Of a stretch of 64,000 bases of DNA, positions 11,001 through 21,192 are shown piece by piece; within the stretch, counting starts at the first letter, position 1, and each line of letters opens with the position of its first letter. The position numbers and the translations under genes were made by a program. The notes beneath the pieces were generated by a model, which was not told the DNA's origin, made no database searches, and was given only the letters and a program-made list of their open reading frames with translations. Source of the DNA: Mobula hypostoma. Its lineage: Eukaryota. The stretch spans positions 200,448,001 through 200,512,000 of the forward strand of contig NC_086100.1 of NCBI RefSeq assembly GCF_963921235.1. The letters are read 5' to 3'.

Positions 11001-14000
11001 CCTCCCCCTGCCCACCTTCAGCCACTTCTCCAGCACACTCTACAACCCTCCCATAAAACTCCCTGCTCTGTCCCCCCACCCCACCGCCCTCTCTCCTCTC
11101 CCAACCCTCCCCTTTCCCCTCACTCCTCCGCGCGTGAAAGTCAGTCCATGAAGCAGCGGGAGTATTTAAAAGAGAGCAGTTCAACGGAGCGGGCAACGTT
11201 GTAGTGGACGATGGAGTAGAGGGAGACAGAGTAGGGAGGCTTTGACTCGAGAGGCTTCGGCGAGCAGAGGCTGAGGACGAGCTTCGCTCCAAGTGAGGGA
11301 AGGCCGGGTAAGTTCCTTTAAAAGGAGAACGGTCTGCAGCGGGTTTTTATTTGAAGCAAGGAAGGTGGCGAGGCTGTATCGTATTGGGTAGGTCATGACA
11401 GCTGAGATCAGCCCCATGGTTTGTTCCTCCTGAAGCATGTGGGAGATCAGGGATACTTCCAGTGTCCCTGACGACTATGTGTGCAGGAAATGTGTCCAGC
11501 TGCAGCTTCTGACAGACCGCATTGAGCAGCTGGAGCTGCGACTGGATTCATACTGGAGCATCCGTGATGCTGAGAAAGTCGTGAATAGCACGTTCAGTGA
11601 GTTGGCCACACCGCAGGTAGAGGTTACACAGGCAGAAAGGGAATGGGTGGCCACTAGACAGCGTAGCAGAAGGCAGGTAGTACAGGAGTCCCCTGAGGTC
11701 ACCTCCCTCCTAAACAGATATACTGTTTTGGATACTGTTGGGGGAGATGTCTCCTCAGGGGAAGGCAGCAGCAGCCGAGTTCATGGCACCATGGGTGGCT
11801 CTGTGGCACAGGAGGGAAGGAAAGGGAGTGGGAGAGCTATAGTGATAGGGGATTCGATTGTAAGGGGAATAGATAGACATTTCTGCGGCCGCAAACGAGA
11901 CTCCAGGAGGGTATGTTGCCTCCCTGGTGCAAGGGTCAAGGATGTCTCTGAGCAGCTGCAAGACATTCTGGAGTGGGAGGGTGGACAGCCAGTGGTCGTG
12001 GTGCACATAGGTACCAACGATATAGGTAAAAAATGGGATGAGGTCTTACAAGGTGAATTTGGGGAGTTAGGAGATAAACTAAAAAGTAGGACCACAAAGG
12101 TAATAATCTCTGGATTACTACCGGTGCCACGTGCTAGTCAGAGTAGAAATAGGAGGATATTTCAGATGAATACGTGGCTTGAAATGGTGCAAGGGGGAGG
12201 GATTCAAATTTCTGGGGCATTGGAACCAGTTCTGGAGGAGGTGGGACTGGTACAAACAGGACGGTCTGCACCTGGGCTGGACTGGAACCAATATCCTAGG
12301 GGGAGCATTTGCTACTGTTGTTCAGGAGGATTTAACCTAATGTGGCAGGGGGATGGGAACAAGTGCAGAGAGACAGAGGGGTGTAAAATGAGGGTAGAAG
12401 CAAAAAGTAGTAAGGTGAAAAGTAAAAGTGGCAGGCCGGCAAATCCAGGGCAAAAATCAAAAAGGGCCACTTTTCAACATAATTGTATAGGGCTAAGAGT
12501 GTTGAAAAAGCGAGCCTGAAGGCTTTGTGTGTCAATGCAAGGAGCATTCGTAACAAGGTGGATGAATTAAAAGTGCAGATTGTTATTAATGAATATGAAA
12601 TAGTTGGGATTACAGAGACATGGTTCCAGGGTGACCAAGGATGGGAGCTCAACATTCAGGGATATTCAATATTCAGGAGGGATAGACATGAAAGAAAAGG
12701 AGGTGGGGTAACATTGCTGGTTAGAGAGGAGATTAACGCAATAGAAAGGAAGGACATTAGCTGGGAAGATGTGGAATCGATATGGGTAGAGCTGCGTAAC
12801 ACTAAGGGGCAGAAAACGCTGGTGGGAGTTGTGTACAGGCCACCTAACAGTAGTAGTGAGGTTGGGGATGGTATTAAACAGGAAATTAGAAATGCGTGCA
12901 ATAAAGGGACAGCAGTTATAATGGGTGACTTCAATCTACATGTAGATTGGGTGAACCAAATTGGTAAGGGTGCTGAGGAAGAGGATTTCTTGGAATGAAT
13001 GCGGGATAGTTTTCTGAACCAACATGTCAAGGAACCAACTAGAGAGCAGGCTATTCTGGACTGGGTTTTGAGCAATGAGGAAGGGTTAGTTAGCAATCTT
13101 GTCGTGCGAGGCCCTTTGGGTAAGAGTGACAATAATATGGGGAATTCTTCATTAAGATGGAGAGTGACATAGTTAATTCAGAAACAAAGGTTAGGAACTT
13201 AAAGAAGGGTAACTTTGAAGGTATGAGACGTGAATTAGCTAAGATAGACTGGCAAATGATACTTCAAGGGTTGACGATGGATATGCAATGGCAAGCATTT
13301 AAAGATCACATGGATGAACTGCAACAATTGTTCATCCCAGTTTGGCAAAAGAATAAATCAGGGAAGGTAGTGCACCCAAGGCTGACAAGGGAAATTATGG
13401 ATCGTATCAATTCCAAAGAAGAAACATACAAATTAGCCAGAAAAAGCAGCACACCTGAGGACTGGGAGAAATTCAGAGTCCAGCAGAGGAGGACAAAGGG
13501 CTTAATTAGGAAAGGCAAAAAAGATTATGAGAGAAAGCTGGCAGGGAACATAAAAACTGACTGTAAACATTTTTATAGATATGTGAAAAGAAAAAGATTG
13601 GTTAAGACAAATGTAGGTCCCTTACAGTCAGAAACAGGTGAATTGATCATGGGGAACAAGGACATGGCAGACCAGTTGAATAACTACTTTGGTTCTGTCT
13701 TTACTAAGGAGGACATAAATAACCTTCCAGAAATAGTAGGGGACCGAGGGTCTAGTGAGATGGAGGAACTGAGGGAAATACATGTTAGTAGGGAAGTGGT
13801 GTTAGGTAAATTGAAGGGATTAAAGGCAGATAAATCCCCAGGGCCAGATGGTCTGCATCCCAGAGTGCCTAAGGAAGTAGCCCAAGAAATAGTGGATGCA
13901 TCAGTGATAATTTTTCAAAAGTCTTTAGATTCTGGATTAGTTCCTGAGGATTGGAGGGTGGCTAAAGTAACCCCCACTTTTTAAAAAAGGAGGGACAGAG

Positions 14001-15659
14001 AAGCCGGAGAATTATAGACCGGTAAGCCTGACATCAGTGGTGGGGAAAATGCTAGAGTCAGTTATCAAAGATGTGATAACAGCACATTTGGAAAGCGGTG
14101 AAATCATCGGACAAAGACAGCATGGATTTGTGAAAGGAAAATCATGTCTGACGAATCTCATAGAATTTTTTGAGGATGTAACTAGTAGATAGGGGAGAAC
14201 CAATGGATGTTGTATATTTGGATTTTCAAAAGGCTTTTGACAAGGTCCCACACAGGAGATTAGTGTGCAAACTTAAAGCACACGGTATTGGGGGTATGGT
14301 ATTGATGTAGATAGAGAATTGGTTGGCAGACAGGAAGTAAAGAGTGGGAATAAACGGGACCTTTTCAGAATGGCAGGCAGTGACTAGTGGGGTACCGCTA
14401 GGCTCAGTGCTGGGACCCCAGTTGTTTACAATATATATTAATGACTTAGATGAGGGAATTAAATGCAGCATCTCCAAGTTTGCGGATGACACAAAGCTGG
14501 GCAGCTGTGTTAGCTGTGAGGAGGATGCTAAGAGGATGCAGGGTGACTTGGATAGGTTAGGTGAGTGGGCAAATTCATGGCAGATGCAATTTAATGTGGG
14601 TAAATGTGAGGTTATCCACTTTGGTGGCAAGAACAGGAAAACAGATTATTATCTGAATGGTGGCTGATTAGGAAAAGGAAAGGTGCAACGAGACCTGGGT
14701 GTCACTATACACCAGTCATTGAAAGTGGGCATGCAGGTAAGGCGGTGAAAAAGGTGATTGGTATGCTGGCATTCATAGCAAGAGGATTCGAGTACAGGAG
14801 CAGGGAGGTACTACTGCAGTTGTACAAGGCCTTGGTGAGACCACACCTGGAGTATTGTGTGCAGTTTTGGTCCCCTAATCTGAGGAAAGACATTCTTGCC
14901 ATAGAGGCAGTAGAAAAAAGGTTCACCAGATTGATTCCTGGGATGTCAGGACTTTCATGTGATGAAAGACTGGATCGGCTAGGCTTATACTCTCTGGAAT
15001 TTAGAAGATTGAGGGGGGATCTTATTGAAACGTATAAAATTTTAAAAGGATTGGACAGGCTAGATGTAGGAAGATTGTTCCCGATATTGGGGAAGTCCAG
15101 AATGAGGAGTCACAGTTTGAGGATAAAGGGGAAGCCTTTTAGGACCGAGATGAGGAAAAACTTCTTCACACAGAGAGTGGTGAATCTGTGGAATTCTCTG
15201 CCATAGGAAACAGTTGAGGCCAGTTCATTGGCTATATTTAAGAGGGAGTTGGATATGGCCCTTGTGGCTAAAGGGATCAGGGGGTATGGAGAGAAGGCAG
15301 GTACAGGGTTCTGAGTTGGATGATCAGCCATGATCGTACTGAATGGCGGTGCAGGCTCGAAGGGCTGAATGGACTACTCCTGCACCTATTTTCTATGTTT
15401 CTATGACCCGTCTCGTTACCGGATGCGCCCGCGTTGTTGACGAGGATATCGAGCCGCCTTTCCTCCCGCTGGATCCGCTCGGCAAACTCCCGCACCGACT
15501 TCATGCAGCTGGTGTCGAGGATGCGGAGGTGCACGTTGCCGTTGCCCGTCCTCTGTCGGATCTCCCGCTCGGCCCTCCGCCCTCGCTCCTCGCTGCGACA
15601 GGCGAGGATCACACGGGCGTTCCTCCGGGCGAAGTCCTGAGCAATGTACCGGCCGACCC
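4896..15659 (-). CDS. Spliced, 5'-incomplete short-chain dehydrogenase/reductase (retinol dehydrogenase 11/12/13 or DHRS13-like); exons 15659-15420, 10449-10360, 9425-9240, 6497-6388, 5099-4896
   Basis: Five exons (240+90+186+110+204 nt) with canonical AG/GT ends and compatible phases (1,1,1,0) join into ~275 aa with no internal stop: GVGRYIA..VILACR..LDILVNNAG..FATNHLGHFLLT..IVNVSS..YNNSK..VNAVHPG..SGKY..LWEAS..TAA. The exact paralogue cannot be assigned without a search. Confidence 0.93.
5165..5540 (-). mobile_element. CR1 3'-end fragment, internally deleted
   Basis: Reverse strand gives RTEMRVNFFSQRMVNLWN and the CR1 3' UTR (aggccattcagcccattgagtctgctcc on +). Confidence 0.8.
5650..6378 (-). 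mobile_element. Degenerate CR1 3'-end fragment split by an insertion at ~5828-6165
   Basis: Reverse strand ...MFKNMRGTDKGNVNSLF...GESSTRGQRLKVRG and VFNKHLDRYI; the LINE sequence resumes on both sides of the insert. Confidence 0.7.
5828..6165 (+). mobile_element. Short non-autonomous retroelement with an RTE-like end
   Basis: Contains gcaatggcaaaccacttctgtag...accaag, similar to the RTE/Bov-B-type 'atggcaaaccactccagtattcttgcc' motif; interrupts a CR1 fragment. Confidence 0.5.
6388..6497 (-). CDS. SDR exon (GVTVNAVHPGVVMTEAMRYYGLHFRIIFNLIGFFFFK)
   Basis: Absent from the ORF track in this frame; read manually. Acceptor tttgaatcaag|GT; donor AAG|gtgaga; 110 nt, phase 1-0; HPG motif. Confidence 0.92.
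6650..6985 (+). mobile_element. Degenerate CR1 3'-end fragment
   Basis: GDLVEVYNVIRGKD...TTRHHFKVI...GRFF translation, as in the CR1 ORF2 C-terminus. Confidence 0.7.
7208..8460. repeat. Intronic minisatellite, 44-bp unit, ~28 copies (GGTGAGGTGTTAGAGGGGTCACTGTATTTCAGTGGTTGTGTAAT)
   Basis: Period read directly (GGGGTCACTG at 7981 and 8025); a few recurrent variant positions. Confidence 0.97.
8465..8600 (+). mobile_element. Degenerate tRNA-derived SINE fragment (V-SINE/HE1-like)
   Basis: gggttcacttcc B-box-like motif plus 'taaggagttt..gttctccc', shared with the SINE at 16381. Confidence 0.5.
9240..9425 (-). CDS. SDR catalytic exon (LLKRSPSSRIVNVSS...LYNNSKLMNILFTLELSKQLRHT)
   Basis: Acceptor ggaccag|GT; donor ACAG|gttggg; 186 nt; contains the catalytic Ser (VSS) and YxxxK (YNNSK). 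Confidence 0.93.
9431..9950 (-). mobile_element. CR1 3'-end fragment abutting the SDR splice acceptor
   Basis: 3' UTR and tail (...atggcctaattctgctcctatgtcttatgg on -), matching the tail of the copy at 16951; ORF2 C-terminal remnants. Confidence 0.85.
10360..10449 (-). CDS. SDR exon (GLPTAVTPEGLQLTFATNHLGHFLLTNLLL)
   Basis: Acceptor tctccccccag|GT; donor CTGG|gtgagt; 90 nt; NHLGHFLLT motif typical of RDH11/12-type SDRs. Confidence 0.93.
10505..10600. repeat. Short interspersed repeat fragment, possibly Penelope pseudo-LTR-like
   Basis: acacaaaatgctgcaggaactcagcaggccaggcagc...gaccctt; recognised by resemblance only. Confidence 0.4.
11395..12340 (+). pseudogene. CR1 ORF1 (zinc finger plus SGNH esterase) of copy B
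   Basis: ATG at 11395; in-frame TGA at 11431 replaces a zinc-finger Cys (CSS*); frameshift near 12185 before the DGLH block. Confidence 0.85.
12510..15240 (+). pseudogene. CR1 ORF2 (APE-RT) of copy B
   Basis: Fragments 12483-12998, 13157-13984, 14344-14667 and 14745-15206 separated by stops and frameshifts. Confidence 0.9.
15420..15659 (-). CDS. SDR exon: second half of the Rossmann fold (GVGRYIAQDFARRNARVILACR...LDILVNNAGAS)
   Basis: Acceptor tctgtaccag|GG at 15660/15659; donor TCCG|gtaacg at 15420/15419; 240 nt, phase 1-1; NNAG motif. Confidence 0.93.
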
Positions 15660-15737
15660 CTGGTACAGACACAACCCTCCATGGGAACCATTTCAAACAC
15701 ACAATCGCTTCTCCGTCCCCCAAGCTCCCACCCCATG

Positions 15738-16053
15738 GAGAGAGAGAGAGGGAGAGAGGGAGAGAGGGAGAGGGAGAGCGGGAGAGAGGGAGAGAGGGAG
15801 GGAGAGAGGGAGGGAGAGAGGGAGGGAGAGAGGGAGGGAGAGAGGGAGGGAGAGAGAGAGAGAGAGAGAGAGGGGGAGGGAGAGAGGGAGAGAGAGAGAG
15901 AGGGGGAGAGAGAGGGGGGAGAGAGGGGGAGAGAGAGGGGGGGAGAGGGGGAGAGAGAGGGAGAGGGGGAGACGGAGAGAGGGAGAGAGGGAGGGAGGGG
16001 GAGAGAGAGAGAGGGGAGAGAGGGAGAGGGAGAGAGGGAGAGAGGGAGAAAGG

Positions 16054-16114
<61 letters not shown>
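15738..16114. repeat. Polypurine microsatellite: (GA)n/GGGAGAGA tract followed by (GATA)n
   Basis: ~350 nt almost purely G/A, then ~7 GATA units. Confidence 0.95.
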
Positions 16115-16380
16115 GCCAGGACAAATGGCACCTGGTAGGGTCCGGAGTTCTGGATCAGTGCTGGGTGTTTGCCGTTTGTAAAGCGAGAGTGATAACAATG
16201 TTGATGGAAGTCTGTAATATCTATGTGAGGGCTGGTCTCAACTCAAATTAAAATGTAGAACAGCATAGGCTCTTTGGCCCACAATGTTGTACCGATCTTT
16301 TAACCCACTCCGAGAGCAATCTAACCCTTCTGTCCCACATAGCCTCCATTTTTCCATCATCTACCACCCTACCTAAGATT

Positions 16381-16630
16381 GGGTGCTATGGTAACGTAGT
16401 CGTCAGCGTAAAGCTGTTGCAGCGCCCGCGTCCCGGGTTCACTTCCCGCCACTGTCCGTAAGGAGTTCTCCCAGTGACGCTATGGATTTCCCTTCGCTTC
16501 CTCCCATATTCCAAAGACGTGCAGGTTAGCAGTTTAATGGGTCAGGTGGGTAAATTCTTGGTACGGACTCATTGCACCTGAAGGGCATGTTACCGAGGTG
16601 CATCGTCAAATAGTAAATAAATAGATAAAA
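16381..16630 (+). mobile_element. tRNA-derived SINE of the V-SINE/HE1 type
   Basis: A-box-like ggtaacgtagtcg, B-box-like gggttcacttcc, V-domain-like ttcctcccatattccaaagacgtgcaggttag, A-rich (aaat)n tail. Confidence 0.7.
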
Positions 16631-18646
16631 TAGAGCACAATACATTGCAAAATAGGCTCTTCACACTGTGTTGTGCCCATCGTTAATCTACTCCGAGATC
16701 AGTCCCTAACCCCCCATTTTGTATACATCCACCTGTCCAAGAGTTGTCTAAATGCCCCGAAGGCATCGGTCTCTATCACCACCCCCAGCAGTGTTTTCCA
16801 GGCACCCAGCACTCTGTGTAAAAACCCTACCTCTGATATCCCATCTCACCCTATACTTTCCACCACTCCACTCACATTAAATGGATGTTCAATAAGGAGC
16901 ATACTGGGAAGTTAGAGCATTGCGTCTTACAAACTATTGGAGAGGATTCTTAAGACCATAAGATATAGGAGCAGAAGTAGGCCATTCGGCCCATCGAGTC
17001 TGCTCCTCCATTCAATCATGAGCTGATCCAATTTTTCCAGTCATCCCCACTCCCCTCCCTTCACCCCATACCCTTTGATGCCCTGGATGATCAAGAACCT
17101 CTATCTCTGCCTGAAATGCACCCAATCACTTGGCCTCCACAGCCACTCGTGACAACAAATTCCACAGATTTACCACCCTCTGACTAAAGGCCAACAATTT
17201 CTCTGCATCTCTGAAGTTGTACCCTCTTGTCCTAGACTCCCCTACCATGGGAAATAACTTTGCCATATCTAATCTGTTCAGGCCTTTTAACATTTGGAAT
17301 GTTTCTATGAGATCCCTCGTCATTCTCCTGAACTCCAGGGAATACAGCCCAAGAGCTGCCAGACGTTCCTCATATGGTAACCTTTTCATTCCTGGAATCA
17401 TTCTTGTGAATCTTCTCGAAACACTCCAATGTCAGTATAGCTTTTCTAAAATAAAGAGTCCAAAACTGCACACAATACTCCAAGTGTGGTCTCACGAGTG
17501 CCTTATAGAGCCTCAACATCACATCCCTGCTCTTATATTCTGTACCTCTAGAAATGAATGCCAACATTGCATTCGCCTTCTTCACCACCGACTCAACCTG
17601 GAGGTTCACCTTTAGTGTATCTTGCACAAGAACTCCCAAGTCCCTTTGCATCTCTGCATTTTGAATTCTCTCCCAATCTAAATAATAGTCTGCCTGTTTA
17701 TTTCTTCCACCAAAGTGCATGACCATACACTTTCCAACACTGTATTTCATTTGCCACTTCTTTGCCCATTCCCCTAAACTATTTAAGTCTCTCTGCAGGA
17801 TCTCTGTTTCCTCAACACTACCCGCTCCTCCACCTATCTTTGTATCATTGGCGAATTTAGTCACAAATCTGTTAATCCCATAGTCCAAATCATTGACATG
17901 CGTCGTAAAAAGCAGCGGTCCCAACACCGACCCCTGTGGAACTCCACTGGTAACCAGCAGTCAGCCAGAATAGGATCCTTTTATTCCCACTCTCTGTTTC
18001 CTGCTGACCAGCCAATGCTCCACCTATGCTAGTAACTTCCCTGTAATTCCATGGGCTCTTATCTTGCTAAGCAGCTCCTGTGCGGCACCTTGTCAAAGGC
18101 CTTCTGAAAATCCAAGTACACCATGTCCGCTGCATCTCCTTGGTCTACTCTGCTTGTAATTTCCTTAAAAAATTGCAGTAGGTAAGTCAGGAAGGATTTT
18201 CCTTTCAGGAAACCATGCTGGCTTTGGCCTATCTTGTCATGTGCCTCCAAGTATTCCATAATCTCATCCCTAACAATCAATTCTAACAACTTCCCAACCA
18301 CTGATGTCAGGCTAACAGGTCTATAATTTCCTTTATGCTGCCTCCCACCCTTCTTAAATAGCGGAGTAACATTTGCAATTTTCCAGTCTTGAAAGGTCAT
18401 TATTAATGCCTCTGCAATCTCCCCAGCTAATTCCTTCAAAACCCAAGGGTGCATTCCATCAGGTCCAGGAGATTTATCCACCCTCAGACCATTAAGCTTC
18501 CTGAGCACCTTCTAAGTCTTAATTTTCACTGCACAAGCTTCACTTCATTTCCCTGACTCGTTTGTCTATTGCAGATGTCTTCCACTGTGAAGACTGATGC
18601 AAAATACGCATTTAGTTCCTCTGCCATCTCAGTGTCTCTCATTACA

Positions 18647-20562
18647 CTGAGAGACAGCGTAGCGTAGACGGGGAGAAAAGATGAGATACGAAGGTAAGCT
18701 AGCCAAGAATATAAAAGGAGGATAGTAAAAGCTTCTTTAAGTACGTGAAGTGGAAAAAATTAGTTAAGATCAAAGTTGAGCCCTTGAAGACAGAAATGGG
18801 TGAATTTATTATGGGGAACAAGGAAATGGCAGATGAGTTGAACGGGTACTTTGGATCTGTTTTCACTAGGGAAGACACAAACAATCTCCCAGTGGCCGGA
18901 AGACCTAGGGTAACGGAGGAACTGAAGGAGATTCACATTAGACAGAAAGTGGTGTTGGATAGACTGATGGGATTGAAGGCTGATAAATCCCCAGGGCCTG
19001 ATGGTCTGCACCCCAGGGTACTTAAGGAGGTGGCTCTGGAAATCGTGGACGCATTGGTAATTATTTTCCAATGTTCTATAGATTCAGGATCAGTTCCTGA
19101 GGACTGGAGAGTGGCTAATGTTATCTCACTTTTTAAGAAAGGAGGGAGAGAGAAAACAGGGAATTATAGACCAGTTAGCCTGACATCAGTGGTGGGGAAG
19201 ATGCTGGAGTCAATTATAAAGGATGAAATAACAACACATTTGGATGGCAGTAACAGGATCGGTCCGAGTCAGCATGGATTTACGAAGGGGTAATCATGCT
19301 TGACTAATCTCCTGGAATTTTTTGAGGATGTAACTATGAAAATGGACAAGGGAGAGCCAGTGGATGTAGTGTACCTGGACTTTCAGAAAGCCTTTGATAA
19401 GGTCCCATATAGGAGATTAGTGGGCAAAATTAGAGCACATGGTATTGGGGGTAGAGTACTGACATGGATAGAAAATTGGTTGGCAGACAGGAAACAAAGA
19501 GTAGGGATTAATGGATCCCTTTCAGAATGGCAGGCTGTGACTAGTGGGATACCGCAAGGTTTGGTGCTGGGACCGCAGCTATTTACAATATACATGAATG
19601 ATTTGGATGCAGGGATTAAAAGTAACATTAGCAAATTTGCAGATGACACCAAGCTGGGTGGCACTGTGAAATGTGCAGAGGATGTTGAGATAATGCAGGG
19701 TGACTTGGACAGGTTGAGTGAGTGGGCAGATGTATAGCAGATGCAATTTAATGTGGATAAATGTGAGGTTATCCACTTTGGTAGCAAGAACAGGAAGGCA
19801 GATTACCATTTGAATGGTGTCAAATTAGGAAAAGGGGAAGTACAACGAGATCTTGGTGTACTTGTTCATCAGTCACTGAAAGTAAGCATGCAGGTACAGC
19901 AGGCAGTGAAGGAAGCTAATGGCATGTTGGCCTTCATGACAATGCGAGTTGAGTATAGGAGCAAAGAGGTCCTTCTGCAGTTGTACAGGGCCCTGGTGAG
20001 ACCACACCTGGAGTATTGTGTACAGTTTTTGTCTGCAAATTTGAATAAGGACATTTTTGCTATGCAGGGAGTGCAGCATAGGTTCACAAGGTTAATTCCC
20101 AGGATGGCGGGAATGTCATAAGTTGAAAGATTGGAGTGACTTGGCTTGTATACGCTGGAATTTAGAAGGATGAGAGGGGATCTGGTTGAAACATACAAGA
20201 TTATTAAGGGATTGGATACACTAGAGGCAGGAAACATGTTCCCAATGTTGGGGGAGTCCAGAACCAGAGACCACAATTTGAGAATAAGGGGTAGGCCATT
20301 TAGAACGGAGTTAAGGAAAAACTTTTTCACCCAGAGAGCTGTGGATCTGTGGACTGCTCTGCCTCAGAAGGCAGTGGAGGCCAATTCTCCGGATGCTTTC
20401 AAGAAAGAGATAGAGCTTTTAATGATAGCCGAGTCAAGGGATATGGGGAAAAGGCAGGAACAGGGTACTGATTGTGAATGATCAGCCATGATCACAGTGA
20501 ATGGTGGTGCTGGCTCGAAGGGCTGAATGGCCTACTCCTGCACCTATTGTCTATTGTCTATT
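18647..20562 (+). mobile_element. 5'-truncated CR1 LINE (copy D) nested in copy C in the opposite orientation
   Basis: RT motifs (GIPQGLVLGP, FADD), tail ctattgtctattgtctatt; the hexamer ATTACA occurs at both junctions (18641 and 20560). Confidence 0.92.
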
Positions 20563-21192
20563 ACAATAACTCCAGCGCTATCTTCTTTTGGTCCTATATC
20601 TACCCTCAACTCTCTTTTACCCTTTATATACTTAAAAAAGCTTTTAGTATCTTCTTTGATATTAGTCGGCAGCTTCCTTCCATAATTCATCTTTGCCTTC
20701 CTAATGACCTTCTTAGTTTTCTTCTGCAAGTTTTTAAAAGCTTCCCAATCCTCTATCTTCCTTGTATGCCCTCTCTTTTGCTTTTACTTTGGCTCTGACT
20801 TCACTTGTCAGACACGATAGTGTCCTTCTTCCATTTGAAAATTTCTTCTTCTTTGGAATATATCTGTCTTGCACTTCCCTCATTTTTCGCAAAAACTCCA
20901 ACCAGTGTTGCTCTGCTGTCCTTATTGCTAGTGTCTCTTTCCGGTCAACCTTGGCGAGTTCCCCTCTCATGCCATTTAATTTCCTTTATTCCATTGAAAT
21001 ACCGACACATTGGAATTTAGATTCTCTTTCTCAAGTTTCAAAGTGAACTCAATTATATTGTGATCACTGTCCCCAAAGGGTTCCTTAACCTTATGCTCTC
21101 TTATCACCTCTGGATCATTGCACAACACCCAATCCAGCACAGCTGATCCCCTAGTGGGCTCAACAACAAGCTGTTCAAAAAAGCCATCCCCG

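Larger units (their letters stand above)
11130..15405 (+). mobile_element. Near full-length CR1 LINE (copy B), antisense to the SDR gene, inactivated
   Basis: ORF1 (GDSIV, CLPGA, GTND), APE (CVNARS, ITETW, YRPP, GDFN), RT (GVPLGSVLGP, FADD), C-terminus (FFTQRVVNLWNSLP) and an octamer tail (TTTCTATG)x2 ending at 15405. Confidence 0.95.

Noticed and set aside
15277..16198. ORFs of 139-284 aa with SL/SP or ER/EG repeats
   Set aside because: Read-through of the GA microsatellite; only 15420-15659 is a real exon.
16381..16455. tRNA gene
   Set aside because: Only degenerate A/B boxes followed by a SINE body and A-rich tail; no cloverleaf.
16115..16950. Missing first SDR exon
   Set aside because: Frames read near 16115-16200 gave no TGxxxG-containing segment, and the rest of the interval is SINE/LINE fragments.
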